From contig NC_068981.1 in NCBI RefSeq assembly GCF_001194135.2, forward strand, positions 68,194,575 to 68,255,138: DNA of 60,564 nucleotides. Direction: 5' to 3'. This stretch comes from Octopus bimaculoides (Eukaryota). This document shows positions 50,161 to 60,564 of the stretch, piece after piece. The first letter of the stretch is position 1. Each line of letters starts with the position of its first letter. A program made the position numbers and the translations under genes. The notes beneath the pieces were generated by a model. That model was given only the letters and a program-made list of their open reading frames with translations, was not told the origin of the DNA and did not search any database.

Positions 50161-50571
50161 GGAGTGTACTGCTAATTTGGCATGCAGATGGAAAGAGCAA
50201 AATATCGTATGGCAGTCAGTTACCTAATTTCACACATTGATGGAAAATACAAATGTGACCGACCATCAGTTTCTTCCTCTCGTTGTCGGTAAAATGTGTG
50301 TCAAACTGGTTCAGGTGTCAAATGAATCGCTTCACTGCATGCATAACGTCCGTCCAGTTTTACCAGTCATTATATGTACACTAATATTTATGGTATAATA
50401 ACGCGAAAACTTATTAGCACCTGGTATCTCAACAGGAGTTCATACAACGACATTAAAAGATTGAAGATTAAGGTCGGTATATCTGTCTCTACTAACCTCC
50501 ACGACTTCATTCTCTTTCATAATATCAATGATTTCACGAGAGATTTATTTTCTTGAAATCTTTTACATGTT

Positions 50572-50920
50572 CCAGTCATTTGACTGTGGCCTTGTTGGAG
50601 CACAGCCTTAATATGTTTTAATGGAATGATTCAACCCCAGGACCCATTCTTTGTAAGCCTAGTACTTATTCTATCGGTCTCTTTGCAGCACCACTAAGTT
50701 ATGAGGGCATAAACACATCAACATCAGTTGTCAAGCGATGTAAGGTGGGGGCCAAACACAGAGATAAAGACACACTCACATAAATACACACACATGCATA
50801 AATACACACACAAATACGACAGGCATTCAGTTTCCTACCAAATCCATAAATCCACTCACAAGACTGGTCGGTCCGAAGGTGGAGTAGAGGAAATATACCC
50901 ATGTTCCACGCAGCCGTGTG
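50572..50920 (-). mobile_element. SINE family A, near full length with internal (CA)-type tract
   Basis: Collinear with 60232-60564 and 24-190. Confidence 0.85.
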
Positions 50921-50987
50921 CTATTGTACCATTCACCGATTCAAACCCACAATCTGTTATACTTTTAATATTTTGTAATATAGTTTT

Positions 50988-52030
50988 GGGACAAGACCAG
51001 CAATTTCAGGGGATAAGGTATGTCTATTCCATTGACCCCAGTACTCAGCTGGTACTTATTTCATCGAGACCGAAACCATGAGAGGCGAATTCGACCACAG
51101 CATAATTAGAACTCAGAGAGTAAAATCGGACGAAATACCGTTAAGCTTTTTCACGGCATGCTAACGTTTCTGCCCGTTCCCTTCTTTAATAAAGATTATA
51201 CTATTTTTGCCATTGTTAGACGGCGAGTTGCGAGAATCTTTAGCGCGCCGGGCAAAATGCTTATCGCTATTTAATTTGTCTTTACGTTCAGATTCTGATG
51301 GGGTCCATGTGCCATTTCATCTTTTGAGGTCGGAAAAATGAGCAGTGAGATTAATCTAATCGACTTACCTTAACCCTTCGAAATTACTGGCTTTGTGCAG
51401 AATCTTTAACACACCGGGTGAAATGCTTAGAGGCATTTCTTCTGTCTTTACTGTCTGAGTTCAAATTCCACCAAGGGAACTTTTGCATTTCATCCTGTTG
51501 GTGTCGATAAAATAGTGCCACTTCAGCACCAAGTTCGATGTAATCGAGTTACCACCTCCCCGAAATTGATGATCGTGGGCCAAAATTTGACACCAGTATT
51601 ATTATTGTTATTATTATTATCCATATTATTTAAAGCAGAGAGGTGCCACAATCATTAGCAACCCGGGGAAAAACTTCGACCGTTTTACGTTCTGAGGATG
51701 CCGAGGATGTCTTCGATTTTCATCATCTGAGGTCGATAAAATAAGTATCAGTTGAGTCCTGGAGTCGATATAATCGACTATACCCCACCCCACCAACGAA
51801 TTTCAGGCCCTAGGTCTATAATAAAATGTATTATTATACGTATTGTAAATCGATGAGCTGTCAGAAATGTTGGCGTTCCAGGCAGACTGCTTAGCGACAT
51901 TATGTCCGTCTTTACGTTCTGAGTTCAAACTCCAATGATATCGTCCTGCTGGAGTGTATAAAATGAGTACCACTTGAGTCTGACATCCTCTCTCGAACTT
52001 GCCGACTTTGAGCTAAAATTTTAAACCAAT
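50988..52030. mobile_element. Cluster of five SINE family B copies (one minus, four plus)
   Basis: Minus copy ~50988-51180. Plus copies ~51218-51405, 51405-51600, 51630-51830, 51850-52030. Confidence 0.8.
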
Positions 52031-53649
52031 GTTATTGTTATGATAATCCCTGGGGTTATTATTATGTACACTTTACAATTGTTAATTAAGAATAAGTATG
52101 ATGAATGTTATTTTAGCTATTGATAATTCTTAAGCTTCATTAAATTTATGCATTATATCTTTTTTACCTGTGCTTTATTTGTTCGCTTTCCCTAATTGAT
52201 GGACTAATCCATTCTCAACACAGAAACACAAAGAATCACAAGCACATATACAGATATTCAAACACATTTAAAATATATGTACAAATACATTCACTACTAT
52301 TTCGCTGGGTTTTCTTTGTGTTTACAGTGTGTATATGAACACAATATGTTCAAATATATAGGTGCGTGAATGTGTGTTTGATTGTGTGTGTATGTATGTA
52401 TTTTTCTGAGAGAAACACGTCATTCTGATTAAAGAGGAAAAATGGTGCATTGAAAACTTGAATGTATATCTGGAGTTTTATTGATTTCTGTGAGCTTGAT
52501 AAATTAGTATTTTCAAGTTAGTTGGAGACTGGGAATGTCACATTCAATGTTAGTAGGTCTGAATATCTATCAGTAATAATTCATCTTTGACAGATGGTAT
52601 GCAAGTTCCAATATTTATTTATTAATGGGTAAGATGTGATTAGTTTTGTTTTAAATTCTTAAGAACACTCATTTTCAACTTCTGTACGCCAGGATAAATA
52701 CAATTATATACATAAACACAAATACACACACAATCACACACACAGGCAAATATTTAGTTATTATATATATATATATACTCAAGAAAAATATATATCTATA
52801 CGCACGCGCGTTTTTTATATATGTATATATTATGACCCGGACGGTACAGGCATTTATTCCAATAATTCAACGACGTACAGCTGTAATTTGGGATGTTGTC
52901 ATTTGTGATTTTCTCGACTTTGATCCCTATGGCAATGCAGGAGTGGCAACGTGTGCACCTCTAACCAGCTGAAAGCACGAAATAAGTCACGTCACCTTTA
53001 CTACACACCTTGCAGGTATGCAATGGGGTTGAATGCTCATTTAAAAGCACAGACGGTAAATCAAAAGAATCATTCACCATATGGAAGTACAAGGAGATCG
53101 CAGGCATCTGTGATAATGTAGCAATCACAGTGTATAAACGAATGTATGTATAGTTGCATGTATGTATGCGTATGTGTATGTGAGTGTGCATGTGTGTGTG
53201 AGTGCGTGTGTATGACTGTCTTCAGTCTGTTCCTTAATGTTGCCTGACAATCGGTAAAATAAACACCAAATTTCAAAATAGGTGCTGCGATTGATTTTTA
53301 TTCCATTTAAACCTTCAAGGTGGTGCATCAGCACGGCCGCAGTACGAGGACTAAAACAAGCGATACAATGACAAATTTATATATATATATCATAAGCATA
53401 AACATTTGACTTTATACGATTACATGTGCATTTTAGACTTACAGCTGTTCCATATGTAATTTAGGTGCGTTCATTGTTCATTTTAATCAATCAACTGATT
53501 TAAAGAACTTTGAAGAAGGTAGTATTGCCAAGGTCACTCACTAAATTTTCTATCGGTCAATAGATTCATTAAATTGAAATATTAACGCACCCAAAATTCA
53601 TAACTAAAGCAGTGTCGGAAAGACAAAGTAAAACAAAATGAATAAATAT

Positions 53650-55000
53650 ATAAAGCCCATTATGTATGTTTATTTTATATATCACTGTCAAAACAGATTT
53701 ATATTAACTCCGTTAAGCAACCATGGATTACAAATTAGATTGGCGATGGACTTCGATTTCGGATTTCGACTTCAAATCACCTGGAGTATAATGCCAATGA
53801 CAGGAATTTTCGTTGGCAAAGTGTATTTTTGTTTGCAGAGAACTGACGAAATATTTTGCCCGAATATCTAATGCCTACATACATACATACATACATACAT
53901 ACACACATATACCTATATGTGTATGTATATGTGCGTGTGTATTTGTGTATATGTATATATGATATGACATGTGTACGTAAGTGTGGTTATATATACATTA
54001 ATACATATATATATATATATATAAAACATTTACTTTGTAAATACGTATGCATCAATTTGCTTATCTAATTATGTGTGTATCTATCTGAATATGTATATTC
54101 GCAGTGATTTCACATAAAATAAATCTCATTTCTAAATATTGATTTCATTTGCATTGACAGAAGTTCAAATTTTTGAAGTGTTAAGTGACTGTTTTATGTG
54201 CAATTCATTGATATATAATCGGTGTATATATTCTATCAACCCTAACCTGATAAATTAAACGGTTGACTACGTTGGATTAAATGCAGTTTAAAGAGAAATA
54301 AAGACATTTGCATACGATTATCCTTTTGTTAAACCATCTGTGGTAGCAATTAGTCTGTTGCAAATATTCGAAACGTGCCTATCAGAGTAATGGTATGTTG
54401 TTCCTCTCTTGGAAACAAGTTACAAACTACAAGCAACGATGTTGGCTTCTTTAGTGTTGAGAAAATTCCCATTTCAAATGAATTTCTGTGCATCCAAATT
54501 AAACGAGCGAAACAAGTAAAATCCCAGCTTCATATATTTCCTACCTAGCAGATCCTATAATATAATAATCATTCTGATATAATAATTACTCATCTAGCAA
54601 CTCAAAAGGCTGAAATTACCTCTATGGTATGTGAAATTGCGATGACATCTACAGTGTGGTAACTTAGGATTCCAATACGACAATGTAAACTGCTTATAAT
54701 TGAGGTATTCTTGGGCTCAGGAGTGGCTAGCTGAGTAACACTCATTAAGAAATGATTACTTCAGACTATCTGCTGGCTATGAATCATATGTAGCCTGGAT
54801 TTTACCTGTTCCACTCATTCAATTTCATTTGCATACATAGCAGCGCGAGTTTCTAACCGTGAGCTATAAAGAAATTTTCATCTTATCGAATTTGCTCGTA
54901 AAGTTGGTACGGAGAAATGTGTGTAACCTTCAATGCAAATGAAACTTTATTGTTTCGCACCATACACGGTCCGCTTTTTCTTTTCAATAATAGTTTATTC
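53650..55000 (+). pseudogene. TLR-like relic (LRRCT - LRRNT - LRR - LRRCT - TIR start)
   Basis: KQPWITN (~53715-53735); GKVYFCLQRTDEIFCP; ETCLSE..CCS; YNN..QLKRLK; YLYGM*NCD (54617-54643); ICIHS-REF with a 2-nt insertion (54827-54852). The TM segment appears to be deleted. Confidence 0.5.
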
Positions 55001-55929
55001 AAAGGAATTCCAAATCCGTCTGCTTTGTTATATTTTATTTATATTCTAATAATGTTAATGTAGGTTATAGAATATATAATACACTCAGTAAAATGAAATG
55101 AAGTACTGATTTTCTTATTGAATAGATGCAATATTGAATATTGAATATTAAATATTAAGTATTGAATATTAAGGGACTAGTATACTTACTTGCATTTTAG
55201 TATGCTTCAAGGTCTCACGCTGTGACAGGAGTGTTGACAACTATATATATATATATATATATATATNNNNNNNNNNNNNNNNNNNNNNNNNNNNNNNNNN
55301 NNNNNNNNNNNNNNNNNNNNNNNNNNNNNNNNNNNNNNNNNNNNNNNNNNNNNNNNNNNNNNNNNNNNNNNNNNNNNNNNNNNNNNNNNNNNNNNNNNNN
55401 NNNNNNNNNNNNNNNNNNNNNNNNNNNNNNNNNNNNNNNNNNNNNNNNNNNNNNNNNNNNNNNNNNNNNNNNNNNNNNNNNNNNNNNNNNNNNNNNNNNN
55501 NNNNNNNNNNNNNNNNNNNNNNNNNNNNNNNNNNNNNNNNNNNNNNNNNNNNNNNNNNNNNNNNNNNNNNNNNNNNNNNNNNNNNNNNNNNNNNNNNNNN
55601 NNNNNNNNNNNNNNNNNNNNNNNNNNNNNNNNNNNNNNNNNNNNNNNNNNNNNNNNNNNNNNNNNNNNNNNNNNNNNNNNNNNNNNNNNNNNNNNNNNNN
55701 NNNNNNNNNNNNNNNNNNNNNNNNNNNNNNNNNNNNNNNNNNNNNNNNNNNNNNNNNNNNNNNNNNNNNNNNNNNNNNNNNNNNNNNNNNNNNNNNNNNN
55801 NNNNNNNNNNNNNNNNNNNNNNNNNNNNNNNNNNNNNNNNNNNNNNNNNNNNNNNNNNNNNNNNNNNNNNNNNNNNNNNNNNNNNNNNNNNNNNNNNNNN
55901 NNNNNNNNNNNNNNNTGTTGTTTCAATAG

Positions 55930-56190
55930 TGTTTCATATTTCAGTAATACGAGGTTCCTAGTTAGTATCTCGTCCTTTGTATTTTTTTGGTTTTAGAAAT
56001 AATTTTCTATTCTATCAGGGGGTTGCTTATTCCACCTTCTTTCAATGTCCATATAATATTTGATAGGGTTATTACATGTGTTTTATTCCTGTCTCTGAAT
56101 TACACCAGATGCTGTGCATGCCTTTCCTTCAACGAGTCGCCCGTCATTCCGATATACATCTTTACTATTCCATGGGACTCCATTATCAGG
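55930..56190 (-). mobile_element. Penelope-like element, GIY-YIG endonuclease fragment
   Basis: KMYIGMTGDSLKERHAQHLV*FRDRNKTHVITLSNIIWTLKE..KII matches the YIG.T...K.R...H..F.....T.LS..IW.LK pattern. Confidence 0.8.
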
Positions 56191-56329
56191 GACCCTAACG
56201 GAATAGCACTAGGATAGCCCCTTCCAGAATGGAGGGGAACACATTTCTCCATGTAATTGGCTTGAAAAAATTGTAGAAGACACAAGGATATGTTCCTACT
56301 TTTGTTAGCATGAACCAATTCACATATGC

Positions 56330-56377
<48 letters not shown>

Positions 56378-56499
56378 TTGCGTGTGTACACATATATACA
56401 AATATATATAAATGTGTATGTGTGTGTGTGTGTGTGTGCTATGTGCACTAACTAAAGTGAGGGATGGAAAACATAGAAGTGGTAACCAGAAACCACTTT

Positions 56500-57330
56500 T
56501 CTATATATAAATTCAATAATTCTTTAGAACAATGTATAAATAGAAAAGAGAACTATATTCTCTGAGGATGCAATTATTTCACTTTCAACAAAAGCTCTTC
56601 TTCATTTTCCTAAAATTACAGAGGTATTTCACACTAACGATCATCTTCTAACATCTACAATTCTCTGTTCGTTAACAGAATTATCTTTCATACTGGTCCC
56701 ACTCCATCTCACAAGCAAAAGGCAAAGCAACACGGCTACTATTGTCTAGCTCTCAAAAATCGTTGAAATGCTTAGATTCTCGATGTAGTCATAAATTTTA
56801 TTGTGGATTTCATTAAATTATTTGTTGAAATACATTGCCACAATTGAAATTTTGAAAGATATCATTACTCTGTACAAAAGTGTACGAAACATCGTGCACA
56901 CCTTGTATGGTCTAGAATCCTAGAAGTCATTTTGGGATTTCGATTCACAAAACTCCCAAGTAACCAAGCAATGACGGCATCAGCACTAGCTGTATCCCTC
57001 TAAGCACGATAATTTTGATGCTTTTACATTCACGTCTTTTCTGTATTGAACACGCAAGACATATTTACCCAGTGTGTGTATGTCGTTGATATTACTTTGA
57101 GGGAAGATGTAAATCATCGATTGGTTCATATTGCTCGATTGTAACTGCAGTGACAATTTTTGTATTCCCAGAATTTGGTCTTCACCACGTAATCTTAGGT
57201 GAGACATAAATTTTACTTAATTTATGCATGTCAGGGATCTCTTTAAAGTTGGTAATTTAACCCCGATTATAGTTTCCCCCCATATTTGAAATGAAGTACT
57301 TCACTTGCGCATTATATGTGGGCATGCTTT
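56500..57330 (-). pseudogene. TLR-like relic with a recognisable TIR domain
   Basis: Minus strand: NFKEIPDMHKLSKIYVS (LRR); GN..NCHCS (LRRCT); AVIAWL; HDV-FVHFCTE (YDAFVSY-like); NPQ*NL*LHRE (56777-56809; P.YKLCLH.RDF with stops at Y and C); MLEDD..EIP. Confidence 0.6.
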
Positions 57331-58429
57331 ACTTTCTCTTGACAAATTTTAACAAGACACGGATTTACATTGAAGAGTGGTTTCCTTACAGGAGGTAGTC
57401 ATCTGCAATATTAGATCATTTGTCTACCACTCTTGTATCATAGACAAATATGCACCGTATGTGGTCTTTTTTAATCTATACCGGAGGATAATCCAGAACT
57501 ACGTCTAAAAAATAGCAATAGTATTTACGATTGATTCGTAATTACGTGGAACTATCCGGTGAAATATATAAGATTGCAAGAAATGCAAAAATAATCACTC
57601 AAACCCATAGCTGTTACTTAGCGACAAATAATTTTGAAAGCAATTTTAAAGCGCCCGTTTAAAAGAGTGAAATACTGTTGCCACAGATTTTCCGCACGTG
57701 TCTCATAGGATAATATTTGTGATTGAAACCGTTGCAAGCTTGCGTTCCAAATATTTTTGTATGCATGATCAACCAACAGAGACCAAACTTTTTTTTTTTT
57801 TTTTCGGTAAAATACACCCCTGAAACATCTGAATGAAATTCGATCTTCACGTTAAAATTTATTATATCTTTCCAAACAACATTTTATATTTTTATCTTAG
57901 GAAATGCACAAGAAATTATCATTAAACCTTATTAAACTATGTTCCATTTGAGAAATATGAAGTAGAATATGATTATCATTTTACTGATCATGCTTTTAAT
58001 TAAATTGTCCAAAATAAATCATAGCATTATTGATAACCAAATTAATATGGATAAAATTCTTTACAATATTAGTAGAAGTAATAATATACTGCATTGCGAG
58101 GGCAGTATCAACATCATAATAAATATCAAAATACAGGCTCTGCTGAATAATATTTTCGCAGACGGGCCATTTTATTGGATGGATAGAAAAACTTGCCTAC
58201 GGTGTCCACCGCTACGACGGAAAATTTGTTACGCTGCTTCATTAAAATATTTTAAAATATTAGATATCACTCCTCTTTAGCGACTATTTTTTGCGGTGTG
58301 AATCATGGGTTTTACTACATGAAATCGAGAGATTTAGGAATTTACGTGAAACTCCATAATACAGGAGATTATATATGTCTGTAGTACGAAACCCGAAATG
58401 CTTTTAAAAATATCCATAAATATAATTGA

Positions 58430-58700
58430 ATTTTGGTCGAATATTATTGGCTTCTCTCAGGTTTTCTTAAGTGCAAGAATTTATGTGCACTTCACAGGAA
58501 CTTCTGTCATTCCTTGAGAATGTTGAAGCCAAGATCACTCTGTTTCTCAATTCAACGTAAACTAAATACGTGGCTGTCACTGACGATGATCCTCCTGCTT
58601 TTCTCCAATGAAAATAAACTCAAAGAGATCAATGATTTTACGTACTTTGGGTTCTATATTACCGCTGATAAGAAAGACTTACTGCCAAACCATCTGATCT
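58430..58700 (+). mobile_element. Degenerate RTE-like reverse transcriptase fragment
   Basis: LENVEAKITLFLNST*TKYV and KLKEINDFTYFG resemble RT motifs 6-7 (A..IGL.LN..KT.. / V.DF.YLG). May extend upstream to ~57400. Confidence 0.5.
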
Positions 58701-59105
58701 ACATGATGTAGCTTCTAAAAGTAACCACTTGCTTATAAGAAAGACGAATCACTCGGAAATGACAGCGGCATCTGCTTTTATCTGACTATGAACCGCTCAA
58801 AATGTTATGATTGTATTGAGCCTACGAATGATATCAGTATTAGAGACTCATCAAATGGATATGGACAGTAAACAGATACAGCGATGGCTGGAGATACGCA
58901 TAACAAAGTGAAAATCTTACACGATAGTATACCACCAGCACATTTTCCCGCTTTGTCCTGCATGAAACCCAGCTTTGGTAAATTCTATGAGACATCATAT
59001 TTTAAAGGTTTTAAATTATGACATGCTGCACGCTCAATGAAGTGCTTTGAAGAACTCCACAAATACAATTGATATTTTACGTCGATATTATGAGTTTCCC
59101 TCCGG

Positions 59106-59471
59106 TTATGTATAAAACCAAAAATCTATATGCATTGTGCAGGAACACGCAATTCTTGAGAATTCTGCATCTTTCTGATATGTTCGTAATAATGAATATG
59201 TCGGCGTCGTGATGAGATTACAGCCTTCCATTGTTTCAGGCATAACAGCGTGTTTCCCAACATTACCAATGGATCTGGTACCAATAATTTCTGTAGAAAT
59301 TCTGTACGCAAAGACTGGAACCATGACAAAAATATTTATGAATGATGGCATCTTATTATGAGGACTAATCAGATTGTCTAGATTACGAAACCTTAAAATT
59401 ACATCACCGCTTAGTGAAGCATTGCGCACGTGCTCGCGGGATATAGTCTTTTTTTCCTTGGAGCTTCGCAA
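59106..59471 (-). mobile_element. Degenerate APE-type endonuclease fragment of a LINE
   Basis: LDNLISPHN..STEIIGTRSIGNVGKHAVMPET resembles the region around GDFNA.IG....G.....ETN.NG. Confidence 0.45.
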
Positions 59472-59670
59472 CTCTGTTTGAGATAATATTCAAATCAGAA
59501 ATATATTTAAGCTGATATTGCCTAGCCTTTCGTGAATTAATGCTACATCTTGTGCTCACCTGACATTTCACTCTAAGGTATAAGTGTATTTATTTGAAAC
59601 AACTGTCCATTAATATCACTATATTTGAGCAAAATCTTTGTATATATATATATATACACACAGGCCTGCG

Positions 59671-59704
<34 letters not shown>

Positions 59705-60037
59705 NNNNNNNNNNNNNNNNNNNNNNNNNNNNNNNNNNNNNNNNNNNNNNNNNNNNNNNNNNNNNNNNNNNNNNNNNNNNNNNNNNNNNNNNNNNNNNNN
59801 NNNNNNNNNNNNNNNNNNNNNNNNNNNNNNNNNNNNNNNNNNNNNNNNNNNNNNNNNNNNNNNNNNNNNNNNNNNNNNNNNNNNNNNNNNNNNNNNNNNN
59901 NNNNNNNNNNNNNNNNNNNNNNNNNNNNNNNNNNNNNNNNNNNNNNNNNNNNNNNNNNNNNNNNNNNNNNNNNNNNNNNNNNNNNNNNNNNNNNNNNNNN
60001 NNNNNNNNNNNNNNNNNNNNNNNNNNNNNNNNNNNNN

Positions 60038-60077
<40 letters not shown>

Positions 60078-60231
60078 TTATGCTTGTGTTTGTGCCACAT
60101 CTCTCCTTAAAATAAGTCATAGCCCTTTAAAATACTTCTGGGATCGCTTTGTTCGACTAAAACTCATCGTAGTAAAGCTTCAGCATGATAGTCACGTCCA
60201 TATGACTGAAACAGCAGTATTCTTCTGTTCT

Positions 60232-60564
60232 TTTATTTGTTTCAGTCATTTGACTGCGGCCATACTGTAGCACTGCCTTTAGTCGAACAAATCGACCCAA
60301 GGACTTATTATTTGTAATCCTAGTACTTATTCTATCGGTCTCTTCCGCCGAACTTCCAAATAACGGCGACGCAAACACACGGCATCGGTGGTCACGTGAT
60401 GTTCGCGAGAGAAACACAGTTACACATACATACATACATACATACATACATACATACATACATGCATACACACACACATATGTATATACATATATACGAC
60501 GGGCTTCTTTCAGTTTCCTTCTACCAAATCCACCCACAAAGCTTCGGTCGGCCCGCGGCTATAG
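60232..60564 (-). mobile_element. SINE family A with internal (CATA)n, truncated by the window end
   Basis: tgtttcagtcatttgactgcggcc..tagtacttattctatcggtctc..acgacgggcttctttcagtttcc..; collinear with 50572-50920. Confidence 0.88.

Overview
AT-rich eukaryotic (animal) DNA from a gappy short-read draft assembly. Most N-gaps sit in (TA)n, (CA)n or (TACA)n microsatellites. The recurring tRNA-derived SINE families match ones I recall from octopus genomes, so the source is most likely a coleoid cephalopod (inference; no database search was run). I found no intact protein-coding gene: most long ORFs in the track are microsatellite or N artefacts, and the rest are transposon or pseudogene remnants. 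Recognisable mobile DNA: one full-length dead maT (DD37D) Tc1/mariner with both TIRs and TA target duplications, two further maT remnants, a mariner remnant, an internally deleted Helitron, several RLE-type (R4/Dong-like) retrotransposon fragments beside microsatellites, RTE-type LINE fragments, Penelope-like pieces (a GIY-YIG fragment and an inverted terminal-repeat pair containing a minimal type I hammerhead ribozyme motif), and more than 20 SINE copies. Main observation: hand translation of much of the remaining non-repeat DNA, allowing stops and frameshifts, repeatedly gives leucine-rich-repeat motifs, LRRCT caps (NPW/F-x-C-x-C), LRRNT caps, transmembrane/juxtamembrane segments and TIR-box remnants, on both strands. 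This suggests the window is a decayed tandem cluster of Toll-like-receptor-like genes (roughly 15-20 relic segments) later riddled with transposons. That call rests on manual motif reading and needs frameshift-aware profile searches to confirm.
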